Assembly: GCA_946965045.2 (NCBI GenBank)
Contig: OX337240.1
Span: 744,001-808,000 of the forward strand
Direction of reading: 5' to 3'
From: Epithemia pelagica
Taxonomy: Eukaryota > Protista > Bacillariophyta
DNA: 64,000 nt
The notes under the pieces were generated by a model, which worked only from the letters and a program-made list of their open reading frames with translations, was not told where the DNA came from and searched no databases. Both the position numbers and the translations under genes were made by a program. Within the stretch, counting starts at the first letter, position 1; each line of letters begins with the position of its first letter. Shown one piece after another: positions 1 to 11,457 of this stretch.

Positions 1-11
1 AAAGAAGAACC

Positions 12-1621
12 ATGGTTGCCCCCAGCGATGAGAAGCTCAACAGGCATGCGGATCATGCAGATCCTGCCACGACCGGCACGGATGGAACGATTGATTTTCC
101 ACCTTGTACGGCAGAGAAATGCAGCGTAGATGCCGAAGAAAAGAAAGCGTCTAGTTCCAAGTCAAGGCCGTCCTGTGAAATGACAGAAAAGTGCGTGAAT
201 GCATGTGCTGCCTACGGCCGTGTCTGTCCCTGTGCCGCACGCATCTCGGCCAATGCAGCCTGTGACGCTATGCAAGAGCTTCAGAAGGACTCCAAAATCT
301 TTGCCGCTGGGAAACCTGACTTCACCTATTTGAACGCCGATGATATTCAAATTGGCAAGAAATTGGGGGAAGGTGGCTTTTCGAATGTGAACGAGTGCAC
401 CGTGACAGCGGAGAATCACCCCGATGCCCATCAAGAACTTGCAGTCAAATATCTGAAACGTAAAGCAATGGTGGATTTGCACCATTTCAAACATGGAGCA
501 GCAGATCTAGCTGTGGAAGCCTATTTTTTGCAAGCTCTGGACCATCCAAATATTGTAAAATTACATGGTATCACAGCTGGATCTGTGGAAACTAACGTGG
601 CTACTGGCAAGGAATGCGGATTCTTCATACTGGTCGATCGACTCTATGACACTCTGGAGCACAAGATTGGTGCGTGGAGAAAGGAGCAAAATGAAAACGA
701 GTCACATACAAGTTTTATGGGGCGGCGCTCCCATGACTACAAGGAAGCCAAGCGAGCAGAATTGATTGAGCGGTGCAACATTGCGTTATCCATTGCTCGT
801 GGTATGCAATATTTGCATTCCCTCAATATCGTGTTCCGTGATTTGAAACCAGACAATATTGGTTTCGATAAGGATGGTGTCTTGAAATTATTTGACTTTG
901 GATTGGCGAAAGAGCTGAAGCACGCCCATGCCGATGGGACCTATGAACTTACCGGACATACAGGGTCTCGTCGCTACATGGTAAGTCGTTTGCAAACAAC
1001 TGAACTTTCCTTTTTGATGAAATTCTCTGTGAACAATTCCTCACGATACTTTATTCATTGTAGGCACCAGAAGTGGCCCAAGATCTTAGTTACAACCAGT
1101 CTGTGGATGTCTACAGTTTTGGCATTTTATTATGGGAGTTGTGCAGCGTGGAGAAACCGTTTTATGGTTACAGCAGTAACAAACACATGCAATTGGTTGT
1201 ATTAGGCGGGGAACGACCAAAGATGGACTCCGCCCATACGCAATTCTGGCCTGCTGCTCTGCAAAACTTGATGAAGAAGTGTTGGGCCGCGAATCCTCAG
1301 CGACGTCCAACCTTCACTCAGGTTATTCAAGTATTGGAACAAAAGATTTGCTCTCTCGGACCATCGCAAACGGGCTCGGACTTGAGTCTAGGATTGGAGG
1401 AATACCGGAGCGAACATGGTCGATCCGATGGAACCTCATCACCAAGTTCGAATCCAGCTCCTCGTGCATTCCCTCGACTGTTTCCGGCCAAACGAGCGGC
1501 CCGGTCGAAAAGCAACGAAGTGGTAGCTCCCCCGAGTGGCGCGACCTTGAAGGCCTTGAAACCGCCCACGCACAATACCCCCCGTGCTCGGACATGGGGG
1601 TTTGCAGGAGCAAGAAGATAG
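12..1621 (+). CDS. Ser/Thr protein kinase (TKL-like), join(12..980,1064..1621)
   Basis: Motifs LGEGGFSNV, AVK, FRDLKPDN, DFG. A GT-AG intron at 981..1063 joins RRYM to APEVAQD and links the ORFs 12..1205 and 1073..1621. Confidence 0.9.
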
Positions 1622-1754
1622 CTACGGGCTCCGATCAAACGGAGGAAATGATTTGCAGAAATAGAGAAAGAGACGAGATGTCTCTTCTCTACGTTTATAT
1701 TGTACTCCTATTTGTTTTGCGGCTGGAAATGTTACTGTTATACAACTACTCCTA

Positions 1755-2325
1755 CTCCCTCCTGAAAGAAAATACTTCACGATTTTACCAAAAAAGCGAT
1801 ATTTTCACGAGCGAACGTCCTTTTTCCATAAAATTTTTTTTGTTAGAAAGCCCTACTTATTAGCTCTATATTGGTGTATTATTTATATGTTCGATTCTTG
1901 CTTTGGAACGAGATACGATTGTTCAAAAGGCGTGATTTTGAGCATCGGTCTTCAGAGCCCACCGGTTGACACTTCTATGGCGGCTCCAAACACGTCCTCT
2001 TCAGGGCGGCCCCTCGAGGCATCAAAGAGTAGGAATATGCGTGCAACTGACAAGATTCGTGCCATTTCCATGCTGAATTCCATGGTCAACGACGGCACCT
2101 TTGGCCATGGTTCTGCTCACTCGTCGCACACAAAAGTTGTACTTTTCCTATAATAGTGTAGACTCGCGCATGTCAACCAATATGTTCCCCCATATTATTC
2201 TAAAATTTTTATACTCCGAATGAGCCGGCCGTCCTCCTGTAGAGTTGTACCAGATCCTACGTAATCTTTTTATGCGACTAAAATAACCCAAAAAAAAACG
2301 TGAAGTATTTTCTTTCAGGAGGGAG
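1755..2325. mobile_element. Stowaway-like (Tc1/mariner-type) MITE, 571 bp
   Basis: Perfect 27-bp TIRs CTCCCTCCTGAAAGAAAATACTTCACG (1755-1781 and 2299-2325) flanked by TA on both sides; no recognisable transposase inside. Confidence 0.85.
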
Positions 2326-2669
2326 TACCTAATAAACTTGCTACTTGCTACTTTAGCTACCACTGTTGCTGTGGGGCTCAGATGGTCCGTACGTCGTCAA
2401 GAGATGACGAGCATCTGCGGGGCAGATGGTAGGGTATCTTTCCTGTGTCTTTACGACACAATGACAGCAGCAATTTCTCCCAAATCACCAATCATTGCGC
2501 ATTTGTATTGTTGCGCCTTGCTTCTTTCCCCCTTCGAAAGCAGGTGGCTCATTTCGGAATTGGGAATCACAATCACATCATCACCGTCCATCGTCCATCC
2601 TTGTGCCATCAACTCTGTCGCCACAAAACACCTCTCGTCGATCGAATCTCTTCATTGGATACGTCTAGT

Positions 2670-3908
2670 ATGAAGTCGTTTATCTTTTCCTTTGCTTGGA
2701 TTGTTTCCGAGTCAGCATTGGTGAGCCATGCCTTTTCACGGTTGGGAATGGTGCAAAAACAACAACAAGGGCAGCAGCAGCGATCGTCGCGTCTCCATGT
2801 CGTTGGATTGATTTCCTCGACCGAACAAGATCGCATCAAGTCGGCAGGTGGTGGTCTGCCACTCACACCTGCTGGAGGAATGAGTGTCTTTGATCCGTCG
2901 ACAGCAGGAAAGATTGCGTCTTGTAACGAGCGAATCTTTTCCGGTTTCACCTACGACTACTTGCCCGTTCAAGCCCCTGTCGTGGTGCCTGAGAATCTCG
3001 AAGACGCGCAACATTTCCTGGAAGACATTACAGGTGCACCCTTTGCCAAGGCTTCTCAACCAGTCAAGGCGACAGTCTTGGGACGTGTGCCCTTGATTAG
3101 TGAAGATGCTCCTGGTGACATTCAGCACATTCTCTTGCAGTTACCAGAAGGAATGCACTACTTGGAAGGTCAGTCTATCTCGGTGATTCCTCCTGGAACC
3201 GATGATGCTGGAAAACCCTACAAGCCTCGCTTGTACAGTATTGCGTCCACTCGCTATGGAGAACTCTTGGACGGTTCCACAGTCTCCTTGTGCGTTCGTC
3301 GTGCCGAGTATATGGACCCCGAAACCGGCATTGTCGATCCTAGCAAGGCCGGCGTGTGCAGCAACTACTTGTGCAACCTTCATCCAGGTGAAGAAGTCCT
3401 CGTGGCTGGACCGGTCGGAAAGTCCATGCTCATGCCAGACGATGGCGACAAGGATATGATTCTCGTGGCAACAGGTACCGGCATTGCCCCCTTTCGGGCC
3501 TTTTTGCGTCGTTTGTTTGCCGAAAATACCGTCGCGCGACACATGTTTAATGGCCATGCCTGGCTCATTTTGGGAGTTCCCGTCACTGGTGGACTGTTGT
3601 ATGCCGATGAATTCAAGGAAATGCAGGAGCAAAACCCCGATCAGTTTGATGTGACCTATGCCATTAGTCGGGAAATGATGAATCGCAACGGAGGCAAGTT
3701 GTACGTTCAACATGTACTGACGGAAAATGCCACTCAAGTTTTGGAACGGTTGGATAAGGGTGCCCATATTTACTTTTGTGGACTCAAGGGTATGATGCCT
3801 GGCATTCTCGATGCTTTGGAGACTGTGGCCACTCAACGTGGTATTGTCTGGAAGGACTATCTGTCAAATTTGAAGAAGAACAACCAATGGCATGTCGAGG
3901 TGTACTAA
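2670..3908 (+). CDS. petH: Ferredoxin-NADP+ reductase (plastid-type FNR) with signal/transit peptide
   Basis: Motifs PRLYSIAS, GVCSNYLC, MVATGTGIAPF-like, YFCGLKGM and C-terminal WHVEVY. The ATG at 2670 gives a signal peptide ending in HA-F. Confidence 0.9.
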   Translation: MKSFIFSFAWIVSESALVSHAFSRLGMVQKQQQGQQQRSSRLHVVGLISSTEQDRIKSAGGGLPLTPAGGMSVFDPSTAGKIASCNERIFSGFTYDYLPVQAPVVVPENLEDAQHFLEDITGAPFAKASQPVKATVLGRVPLISEDAPGDIQHILLQLPEGMHYLEGQSISVIPPGTDDAGKPYKPRLYSIASTRYGELLDGSTVSLCVRRAEYMDPETGIVDPSKAGVCSNYLCNLHPGEEVLVAGPVGKSMLMPDDGDKDMILVATGTGIAPFRAFLRRLFAENTVARHMFNGHAWLILGVPVTGGLLYADEFKEMQEQNPDQFDVTYAISREMMNRNGGKLYVQHVLTENATQVLERLDKGAHIYFCGLKGMMPGILDALETVATQRGIVWKDYLSNLKKNNQWHVEVY

Positions 3909-4497
3909 AAGAAAACTATAATGTGACGTTCCGATAATCGTTCACAAACGGAATTGCTGGCCTCTTCATAATCAGCTCGGCAAAAGATTCATTCGGACCA
4001 ATTATCATCCCGGACACCTATTCAACACACATCTGCATTAATCTTAAAGCCAACAATGTCAGGAGCCAACGGATGGAAGAAAATAAGAGAGAGGGAGAGT
4101 CATAGGCAGATTATTGTTACTTTTAATTCAGATCGTTCTCTACTCTTGGACTTTTCGTAGATCTTGAGGCTTGGGAGGGTGAGACTAGAGGTGGTAGAGT
4201 AGCGAAATGTAACGTAGATCTACTTCTCCCTCTTTGTCCCGCGGGAATCGGAGGTCACAGGCGACAATCCCAAGCGCCCACATAACCTATACTCTTAATT
4301 GAAGTTTGCTTATAAATTTATGGAATGGTCTTTCACGATCGGTTGTCTAAAGATTTTTATCGCCACACCCACAACACACACCCAAACCGTGTTCTTTTCT
4401 CCGGCGACGTTGTTATGAATGATTGTGCAGCATACCAGAAATCAGAATAAGCAATCGACGCCCCTTGTTTTGAATCTTTATACATTAATCATTTAAA

Positions 4498-5257
4498 ATG
4501 ACAGCAGAAGAGGAGCCTCGACCATCTCAAGATCCGGATGAAGACCCCGACGATGTGGGAGATGACGATGATGACGATGTTGGTAATGGCGACTCAAAGG
4601 CCCGAAAGCGAAAGGAGAGACTCGAACAAAACCGTATTTCGGCTCGAGAGTCACGAAAGCGAAAGAAAACCATGATTGAAGAATTGCAAAGGACGGTTAT
4701 TACGCTTTCCCGTGAAAATAAGGATTTGAATGAGAGAAATGAACAGCTGAGGCGACAGCTCGTTGAAATTGGAAATAAGGTAGGTGAACCCATTGTCTGC
4801 CATGTCCTTACAGGTGCATAGATTACGTTGTGTACTATTCAATTGGCAATGAATGGTCGGCCTCTTCAATTGAAACCATATTGACAGTGATAGCAATCAA
4901 TATCTCACATGTGTTTTGCAAACCATCATGAAAAATTAGTACCCAAACGTTGTCCCACTGCAAGCCATTGTCGATCAAGCAACGCAGACGGTTGCAGCTG
5001 CTGCCGCATCAACCTCTGTCTCTGGTGACAGCACGGCATCAGCGGAGAATGCCGCAGAGGGGTCCAGCAATGCGACAGGTGGGGGATCATCGGCCGCCAA
5101 TGGTGGAACCAACGCAAGTTCGACCCCCAATCCAGTGGCCTGGCTGACGGGTGGAGGATCCTCGGCCAATTCTACCAGTGCAAAATCAGAGGAAGGCGCG
5201 GCAGCCGCAGCTGTTGCGGCCGCAGCAGCAGCCACCATGGCACAAAACAATTCCTAG
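4498..5257 (+). CDS. bZIP transcription factor, join(4498..4779,4940..5257)
   Basis: Basic region RLEQNRISARESRKRKK followed by a leucine heptad. A GT-AG intron at 4780..4939 leads to an Ala/Ser/Gly-rich exon. An upstream exon is not excluded. Confidence 0.8.
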
Positions 5258-5906
5258 TGTGTCGTGAGATTTGTAGCGATTTGCGTCCAGGACGACTGAA
5301 GGTTGTTTGTGCAACGTTCCTGTCCTCCAGTGACTGCTTGCAATAGGGGGTGTATTTCTTCGTCGACCAATTTGTGAGGTTTTCTGGTGTACACACGTCG
5401 GTTATTCATTTATTTCATCACTCATGTACTTTGACATACATAATCGTTCACGGTCGCACCTGTCTCCAGAGGCGTTGGTTGAAGTATTGGGAGTGAATTC
5501 CCGGTGAAAACCTTTAGGAAAAGTTAGATTAAATGATTGTTAACGTGGGATAAGCTGCATAAGGTGACTTGAGCATTCAAGACTCCAGTGATAAGGGATA
5601 CTAGTCTACCATCTTGGGAAGGACAAGGTTTGTTAGTCGAGTTGATCACCGCAGGCATTCCAAGGGAAGAATACCGCCCGAATAACTTTTTCCTCCATGG
5701 TACTGTATTGCAACTTTTGGAGACACTAAAGGCTGGTGAAATGCGCTTCGTCTCTTCTATAACGAAGCAATCAACAAACGAAACACATTCGATGCTGGAT
5801 TTGACTAGATGTGAGCGTAAGATTAGGGTTTCATCAGTCCTAGTTCCTGGCATTTTCATGCCCACATGTATTCAAGCTTTATGCGTTGTGAATACGGATT
5901 AGTCTA

Positions 5907-5936
5907 GTCATGTCATGTCATGCCATGTCATGTCAT
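5907..5936. repeat. (TGTCA)n pentanucleotide microsatellite
   Basis: gtca tgtca tgtca tgcca tgtca tgtca. Confidence 0.7.
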
Positions 5937-6160
5937 CAATGGGACAAAGCAAGGAAGGATACAAGAGGATAAGGATGGGATGTTCTTACATCGTCGAGCA
6001 TTGCATAGCACGGGTAGCTGCTTAGTCAGGATCGTGCGTAGGATAGCGTGGCGAGTGGCGATCCAAAGCATGACAGCTCACCCAAAGATCTCTGTTGCAC
6101 CATGATCATACAAAAGGAGATTGAGCGAACCGAAAGTATTTGAACTACTTGACTTTTGGG

Positions 6161-7342
6161 ATGAATAGATTCTTGCGAGTATCTGTAATTCAGCTTGTCA
6201 TGATGATACTGTTATCGTCAGTTGCTCGAAGATCAGCTCTTAGCACAACACAGCTTCGCCTCTTCAGTCCAAAACTCCCCGATTTCTTCTCGAGCATGTC
6301 TACCATGGCAGGCAGTGGCAGTGAGTACTACACCATTGGTGTTACTGGATCATCTGGCCTAGTTGGAAACGCCTTGCGCGACGAACTGACGAAGCATGAG
6401 CAGATCAATGGAAAGCCCGTTCGTGTGGTGCGTTTGATCCGCGGCGATGAAGCCGAAGACAAGGATTTGAATGCTGAAACTGGAAAGGATATCACTCTTA
6501 CGTGGAATCCTAATGGCTCATCACCCAGTGAGATTATGAATCTCGACGCAGCTGCTTCCATGGATGCAATTGTTCATCTTTCAGGTGAAAATGTTGCTAC
6601 TGGCATTGGTCCTTTGGGTTTCATTGGGCTTCGACCTTGGACTGACCAAAAGAAGAAGGAGATTTTGGATTCTCGGGTTGTTACAACCAATGCCTTAGCA
6701 AGTGTAGTCGCTGCATCCCCAAGTCCAAAGTCGTTTCTTGTGGCCTCTGGAATCGGTGCTTATGGAGACAACTTTGTGGGCGATGTCAGCGCTGTTGACG
6801 AAAGTTTCGATGTCTCCCAAAGTAAGGGCTTTTTGGCGGATGTATCAAGACGTTGGGAAGATGCAACCAGTCCTGCAACGACAGCATCGAAACAAAAACA
6901 CCGTGTGGTGAACATGAGATTTGGAGTTGTCATGTCCACCAAAGGAGGTGCCTTGGCAAAGCTTTATCCTATCTTCTTTGTGGGAGGCGGTGGAAATGTT
7001 GGCTCTGGACGTCAATACTTTAGCTTCATTTCTGCCCGAGACCATGCCAGAGCGATTGTTCACACCATTGAATCGAAGCAACTCTCGGGACCAGTGAACT
7101 TTTGCGCTCCTGAACCATGCACAAACGCTGAATTCACCCAAGCCTTGGGGAAAGCGATCAGTCGACCCACGTTGATCCCTCTTCCTGAGTTTGCAGTCTC
7201 CCTATTGTTTGGAGAGATGGGTAATGAGATGTTGCTAGGTGGTACTCGAGCATTGCCTTCGAAACTTCTCAAAAGCGGGTTCAAGTTTGAGCATCCGTCT
7301 ATTGATGAAGCACTTGATAGTGCTCTAAAAGAGAACATCTAG
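6161..7342 (+). CDS. NAD-dependent epimerase, TIGR01777/YfcH/SDR39U1 family
   Basis: Motifs IGVTGSSGLVG, HLSGENV, WTDQKKKEILDSRV, MRFGVVMS, GGNVGSGRQYFSFI, ALPSKLLKSGFKF. Start codon approximate. Confidence 0.9.
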   Translation: MNRFLRVSVIQLVMMILLSSVARRSALSTTQLRLFSPKLPDFFSSMSTMAGSGSEYYTIGVTGSSGLVGNALRDELTKHEQINGKPVRVVRLIRGDEAEDKDLNAETGKDITLTWNPNGSSPSEIMNLDAAASMDAIVHLSGENVATGIGPLGFIGLRPWTDQKKKEILDSRVVTTNALASVVAASPSPKSFLVASGIGAYGDNFVGDVSAVDESFDVSQSKGFLADVSRRWEDATSPATTASKQKHRVVNMRFGVVMSTKGGALAKLYPIFFVGGGGNVGSGRQYFSFISARDHARAIVHTIESKQLSGPVNFCAPEPCTNAEFTQALGKAISRPTLIPLPEFAVSLLFGEMGNEMLLGGTRALPSKLLKSGFKFEHPSIDEALDSALKENI

Positions 7343-7406
7343 CTAGCTCTGACTTGGTCCAATTCAGTATTAGATACTGGATGGTGATTCGACTACCCTT
7401 CACTTT

Positions 7407-9179
7407 CTAGTAGCTTCGCTCCGACTCATTGTCGTCACGAAGTGTGTTTTGGAACGCACGGTCGTCGTCCGAAGAGAAAGCTCCATCATCATCGTTCGTT
7501 TGCAGTTTCTCTTTCAGTCGCTCCTCCTTGATGCGTTTGTGCTTGCTTCGACTTCGAGATTTGGCCTTTGCCTTCCGTGTCGCAGCCTTTTGTTCCGCAA
7601 CTACCTTCTTGCTCTGGCTTCCATTCAAAAATTCATCGAGTTTTTGACGCAACCTCCGCCGAGCAATTTTACGGTTTTGTGGCAAAGATCGTGTTTCTTG
7701 ACACTGGACGCGCAATTGTGTAGGAATATGGAGAAGGTCAACGCAGTTGTTTGTCTTGTTGATTTTTTGACCTCCAGGACCTGAACCTCTCACATAGGTT
7801 TCCTCCAAATCGGATTCCTTAAGCTCGGGGAGTGGCCGGTTCTTGGACAAATTGGCCTTTTGTCGATTGCGACTACCCGTGGATTCATCCATCCGTTCAT
7901 TTATCTCCTTTAGAAAAACCTGTTTTATCTGAGCCATCTCTGGTGCCAGCACAATCCATTCTGATAGCAAATCAAGTGCGTCGTAATCATTTGTTGGGAT
8001 CAATGTCGAGTCTAAGCTGACATCAGGTTTCTGGCGAACATCCTTGAGAAGTTGTCCAGCATCATTCACGAATCTTTCGACATCGAGCTTGCTGATTAGA
8101 GGAACAGAGCCTTTATTATTGGACTTTATATTCGGAGTTGAATCACTGCTTGACTGAACGTTGTTCGTGATGGACTTGACGAGGTTTTCGTACTGGGCAT
8201 ACATGTCGAGACCCAGAATCATACGAAGTTGATTCGAAACTTGGCTCCATCTTTGTTGCGATAGTTGCATCTCCGCGTCGCGTTGCCTTTTCCATTCGTC
8301 GTAAGTGGCAACGACTTGATGAATGCCCTGCCCATCACCATCATCCTTGCCAAATACAAGATCAAGCCGTTGTCGTCGATCCCAAACAACACGTTCACGA
8401 AACTTGATCGCCAAAATACGATGCTCGGGAAGAGCGTCGACCAGACGAGTTTCACGGCCAGAAATATTCTCGTTGGCCGCATCGAACGGTGATTCGACAA
8501 TGGTTTCGTCGACGCGGTCAAAGTGCAGCACGGAAAAGTCCGAAGAATCTAGTTCGTAATCCCACTGTATCCGTCTGAGAACCTGTCCCGCTGGTACAAG
8601 CTTTTTCTTACTTTCCTCGACGCTTTCAGTGTCCTTTCTCTCTGATCTGCCTTGAGATTTGGGTGCACATTTTAGTTTCGACTGAACAAAGAGACGAGCA
8701 TATGCAGCACTGTCGACATCTCGCAGCTTTTCCAAACGAGCTTGCACTCCACCCAAACCTCTTCCAAGTAGCACCGCTAATTCAATATTTGACTTTTTCT
8801 CTGTTTCATAGCCATACCAAAGGGACTGATCGTCTTCCAATGTCCATTCTTGATAGATATTTGTCATTTCTAGTGATGAGGCTGTTATGGGCGGAACTGT
8901 CGACTTGTCTGTTGTCGAATCCGTCGATTCTTCTTGGTCCTTACTTGATGAGCTCATCAACCTGGTCGTGGATGAAAATTCAAAGATGTGGTTTCTTGAA
9001 TAATCTTTTACTACAGGTTTGGGTGTGCGGTCGATGGATCCTCTACTCGGAGCCGACGTTTGTGTACGGATATGGAAGTTTCGAGTGAGTGCCGGCGGTG
9101 GAGCCATAACTTCGAATCCCTGGACGGAGGAAACCAAAGTCCGGGCCCAACACAAAAGGAAGATTGACGTTGACTTCAT
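7407..9179 (-). CDS. Fusion protein: presequence + Myb-like HTH + MJ1316/DUF504-like domain + class I release-factor GGQ domain (C12orf65/ArfB-like)
   Basis: GSGPGGQKINKT..V.L.H.PT...V.CQETRSL.QNR motif (GGQ at 7767-7775) with a basic C-tail; VLRRIQWD...LPEHRILAIKF..RVVWDR (about 8360-8600); WTLEDD...LA..LGRG.GGV.ARL (about 8720-8848). Confidence 0.8.
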   Translation of the reverse strand: MKSTSIFLLCWARTLVSSVQGFEVMAPPPALTRNFHIRTQTSAPSRGSIDRTPKPVVKDYSRNHIFEFSSTTRLMSSSSKDQEESTDSTTDKSTVPPITASSLEMTNIYQEWTLEDDQSLWYGYETEKKSNIELAVLLGRGLGGVQARLEKLRDVDSAAYARLFVQSKLKCAPKSQGRSERKDTESVEESKKKLVPAGQVLRRIQWDYELDSSDFSVLHFDRVDETIVESPFDAANENISGRETRLVDALPEHRILAIKFRERVVWDRRQRLDLVFGKDDGDGQGIHQVVATYDEWKRQRDAEMQLSQQRWSQVSNQLRMILGLDMYAQYENLVKSITNNVQSSSDSTPNIKSNNKGSVPLISKLDVERFVNDAGQLLKDVRQKPDVSLDSTLIPTNDYDALDLLSEWIVLAPEMAQIKQVFLKEINERMDESTGSRNRQKANLSKNRPLPELKESDLEETYVRGSGPGGQKINKTNNCVDLLHIPTQLRVQCQETRSLPQNRKIARRRLRQKLDEFLNGSQSKKVVAEQKAATRKAKAKSRSRSKHKRIKEERLKEKLQTNDDDGAFSSDDDRAFQNTLRDDNESERSY

Positions 9180-10031
9180 CCGGTTGGCATGGCCTCCAAC
9201 TCCAAACGACAATGGCGGTCGGGCGGCAGCGACTCGTGTGTTCAACACCAGTGACATGATACAGCAACGAACATTGCGATTCCCTCGATTTGTGACTGCT
9301 CCTCGTGGACGAGAGCGTGGAATATGATGACCCTAAGAAGACAGAGTGTATGCTTTATTCAAACACGCTCCAACAAATGGAAGTGTTGGACCTGTTCTTC
9401 GAATGCCCTTTGTCCATCTCGTCAAAGAAAGTGAGAACTGCGACTGACTCGTTCCGAGTAGTGCGTCATCACGCGCCAAAACACATGTGAATCGTGAACC
9501 AACTAGGTAGGTAGGTTTACTAGAGAGAGTACTACGCCTAGGACCACCCATCCATCGAAGCAGTCACCCTTCTAAGGCTCCTTTCTTTGGTCAAAGAACC
9601 AACGCAACCAGGCAACAGATACCCAATCGCTGGCCCCGACAATTGGAGCCTCAGACGATGCACTGTCTGTGAGAAGAAGCAGTGATTCCGAGCATCTTTG
9701 ACGCATGTACCAAGCCGGCCAAAAAAGTGTTCGAACGAGAAGATCTTTCCATTTACCTTCGAAGAAGACCTTCAACGATAACTTTAGACACAGAAGATGT
9801 GTTTCTTCGAAGATAATGCATTTGTGAAACTTCGTCCATGGCTGGTTTCATCGATGAATTTCATCGATACAGATTTGCTTTCGAGATTACCATAACCTCG
9901 TAATAGGTGTTAAAGAGAGGGGAAGGAGCAACAACGCATTCATCAAGGCGATCGTCTGATGTGTGTGGCAACAAGATTAGAGTGAAGCGAAAGTCAGGTC
10001 GTCCCTCAGTCCGGGATCAAATGAAAAGGAA

Positions 10032-11111
10032 CTATTCCAGCTTTTGTTTGGACAAGAATTCAAATTGTCCTTCTTCTTCCATGCGTTTCGCATATTGCTT
10101 GCCTTGTTCCAAAATTTGCCGAATGCTATCGGGTGTAATCACCTTCACGGCATCTAACAAAGTTCGATCTTGAAACTGTGGGTCTTTGGAATAATCCACC
10201 ACTAAAATGTTGCGGTCTTGATTATCATTGTTTGGTGAGTTGATCTCGTTCTTGCGCTTGGGCAAAAAGAGTTGAGGATCTTGAAACAACCAAAAGCTTC
10301 CATCCACGTAGGGTTTCCCTCGTAATGTGGCTGTCCATTTACTATCCAAAAACCATGGAATATGGACACTGGCGAGATTGCATTCAATTAGATCGTCTCG
10401 ACTTTCAAAGACATCAATGCGTTCTTTTTGTAACAAAGGTATCTGCGTGACAATCAGGGACAATTCTGCCTCGTGTGCCATGGCAACGGCCTTGTCCTGT
10501 TCCGGTAACAAGGTTTCCAACCAGTTACGAATGACTGGTCCCCAAATCCCTTGTAATCCTTGGGGCCGGTCCCATACACCCACTTCACGACACATATCCA
10601 ATGCAAGCTCCATGGCCTCATAAAAATCCACATTGGTTGCCGTCAAGGTTGCAGTCAAGGCGCCAGCTGACGCCCCGGCTACGGTGGCACCGTGGGGCCC
10701 ATTCAACAAGTAGCCCTGTTCTCGTAAATAGGTAATGACACCAGCTTGCCAGTAAAAGAACAAACCACCACCCGGAAATATCAAATGAGGTCGTACTTCC
10801 TTGGATTGGTTGCTCTCGTCGTCGTAATTATTCTTGGTTGAGGAGGAAACTGAATCCTCCACAATTGTGACCGATTCAGTAGTGGTACTAGCGAGGGCTG
10901 ATGTAGAGTCATGATAGAAACGGTCGAACCGACTTTCAAGGAGACTGGGATTTGGGTTCTGGTCGACGACGAACCTTGCGTTCGGTCGGTGAGCAATTGT
11001 AGGAGAGACGACGGGGATCGTCCATGCTTCCACTCCCGACGATGAAAATGGCAGCGTCACGATGATCGAACACACTGCCGCTGATAAGACGAATATCCAC
11101 CTCGCTGACAT
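10032..11111 (-). CDS. Patatin-like phospholipase, probably plastid/secretory targeted
   Basis: Motifs FPGGGLFFYWQAG, GASAG (GxSxG), ASVHIPWF and YVDGS; N-terminal signal peptide. Confidence 0.85.
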   Translation of the reverse strand: MSARWIFVLSAAVCSIIVTLPFSSSGVEAWTIPVVSPTIAHRPNARFVVDQNPNPSLLESRFDRFYHDSTSALASTTTESVTIVEDSVSSSTKNNYDDESNQSKEVRPHLIFPGGGLFFYWQAGVITYLREQGYLLNGPHGATVAGASAGALTATLTATNVDFYEAMELALDMCREVGVWDRPQGLQGIWGPVIRNWLETLLPEQDKAVAMAHEAELSLIVTQIPLLQKERIDVFESRDDLIECNLASVHIPWFLDSKWTATLRGKPYVDGSFWLFQDPQLFLPKRKNEINSPNNDNQDRNILVVDYSKDPQFQDRTLLDAVKVITPDSIRQILEQGKQYAKRMEEEGQFEFLSKQKLE

Positions 11112-11457
11112 GGAGGCAATTGCTTCAAATGCATGACGGTAGTTTCTCATGATTGACGATGACCAAGACACGAAAGAAAATGAGAAATGTGGTCAATCGT
11201 CGATAGAGAAGAATATGTGGGCGTGTTCTGACGTGTCTGACGTAAGTCTGCGCCATGACACGGGAGATTTCCGAGTCCTTCCACGACTCACATTCTTCCG
11301 CGACTGATGGCCAGGATCTCAAAACTTCATTCCAACACACATCTCTTTAAACCTTACAGAAAATTTGCTTCCAAGACCACAGCCTCAAACGAGACGAATG
11401 GGATCATAAAACGCAAACCGTGAAATCGCAAGCCATTCGTGTCAAGAAAATTTCCAA

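Noticed and set aside
4975-5250. Ala-rich minus-strand ORF and many other antisense ORFs in the track
   Set aside because: They are shadows of low-complexity or real coding frames on the opposite strand (here bZIP exon 2).
5260-5900. ORFs 5524..5865(-) and 5588..5902(+) with possible splice sites
   Set aside because: No recognisable motif and no consistent exon chain could be built; a small spliced gene cannot be excluded.
9300-9900. Short ORFs and a nested palindrome (TTCATCGATGAATTTCATCGAT near 9846)
   Set aside because: No homology cues; too short to support a feature.
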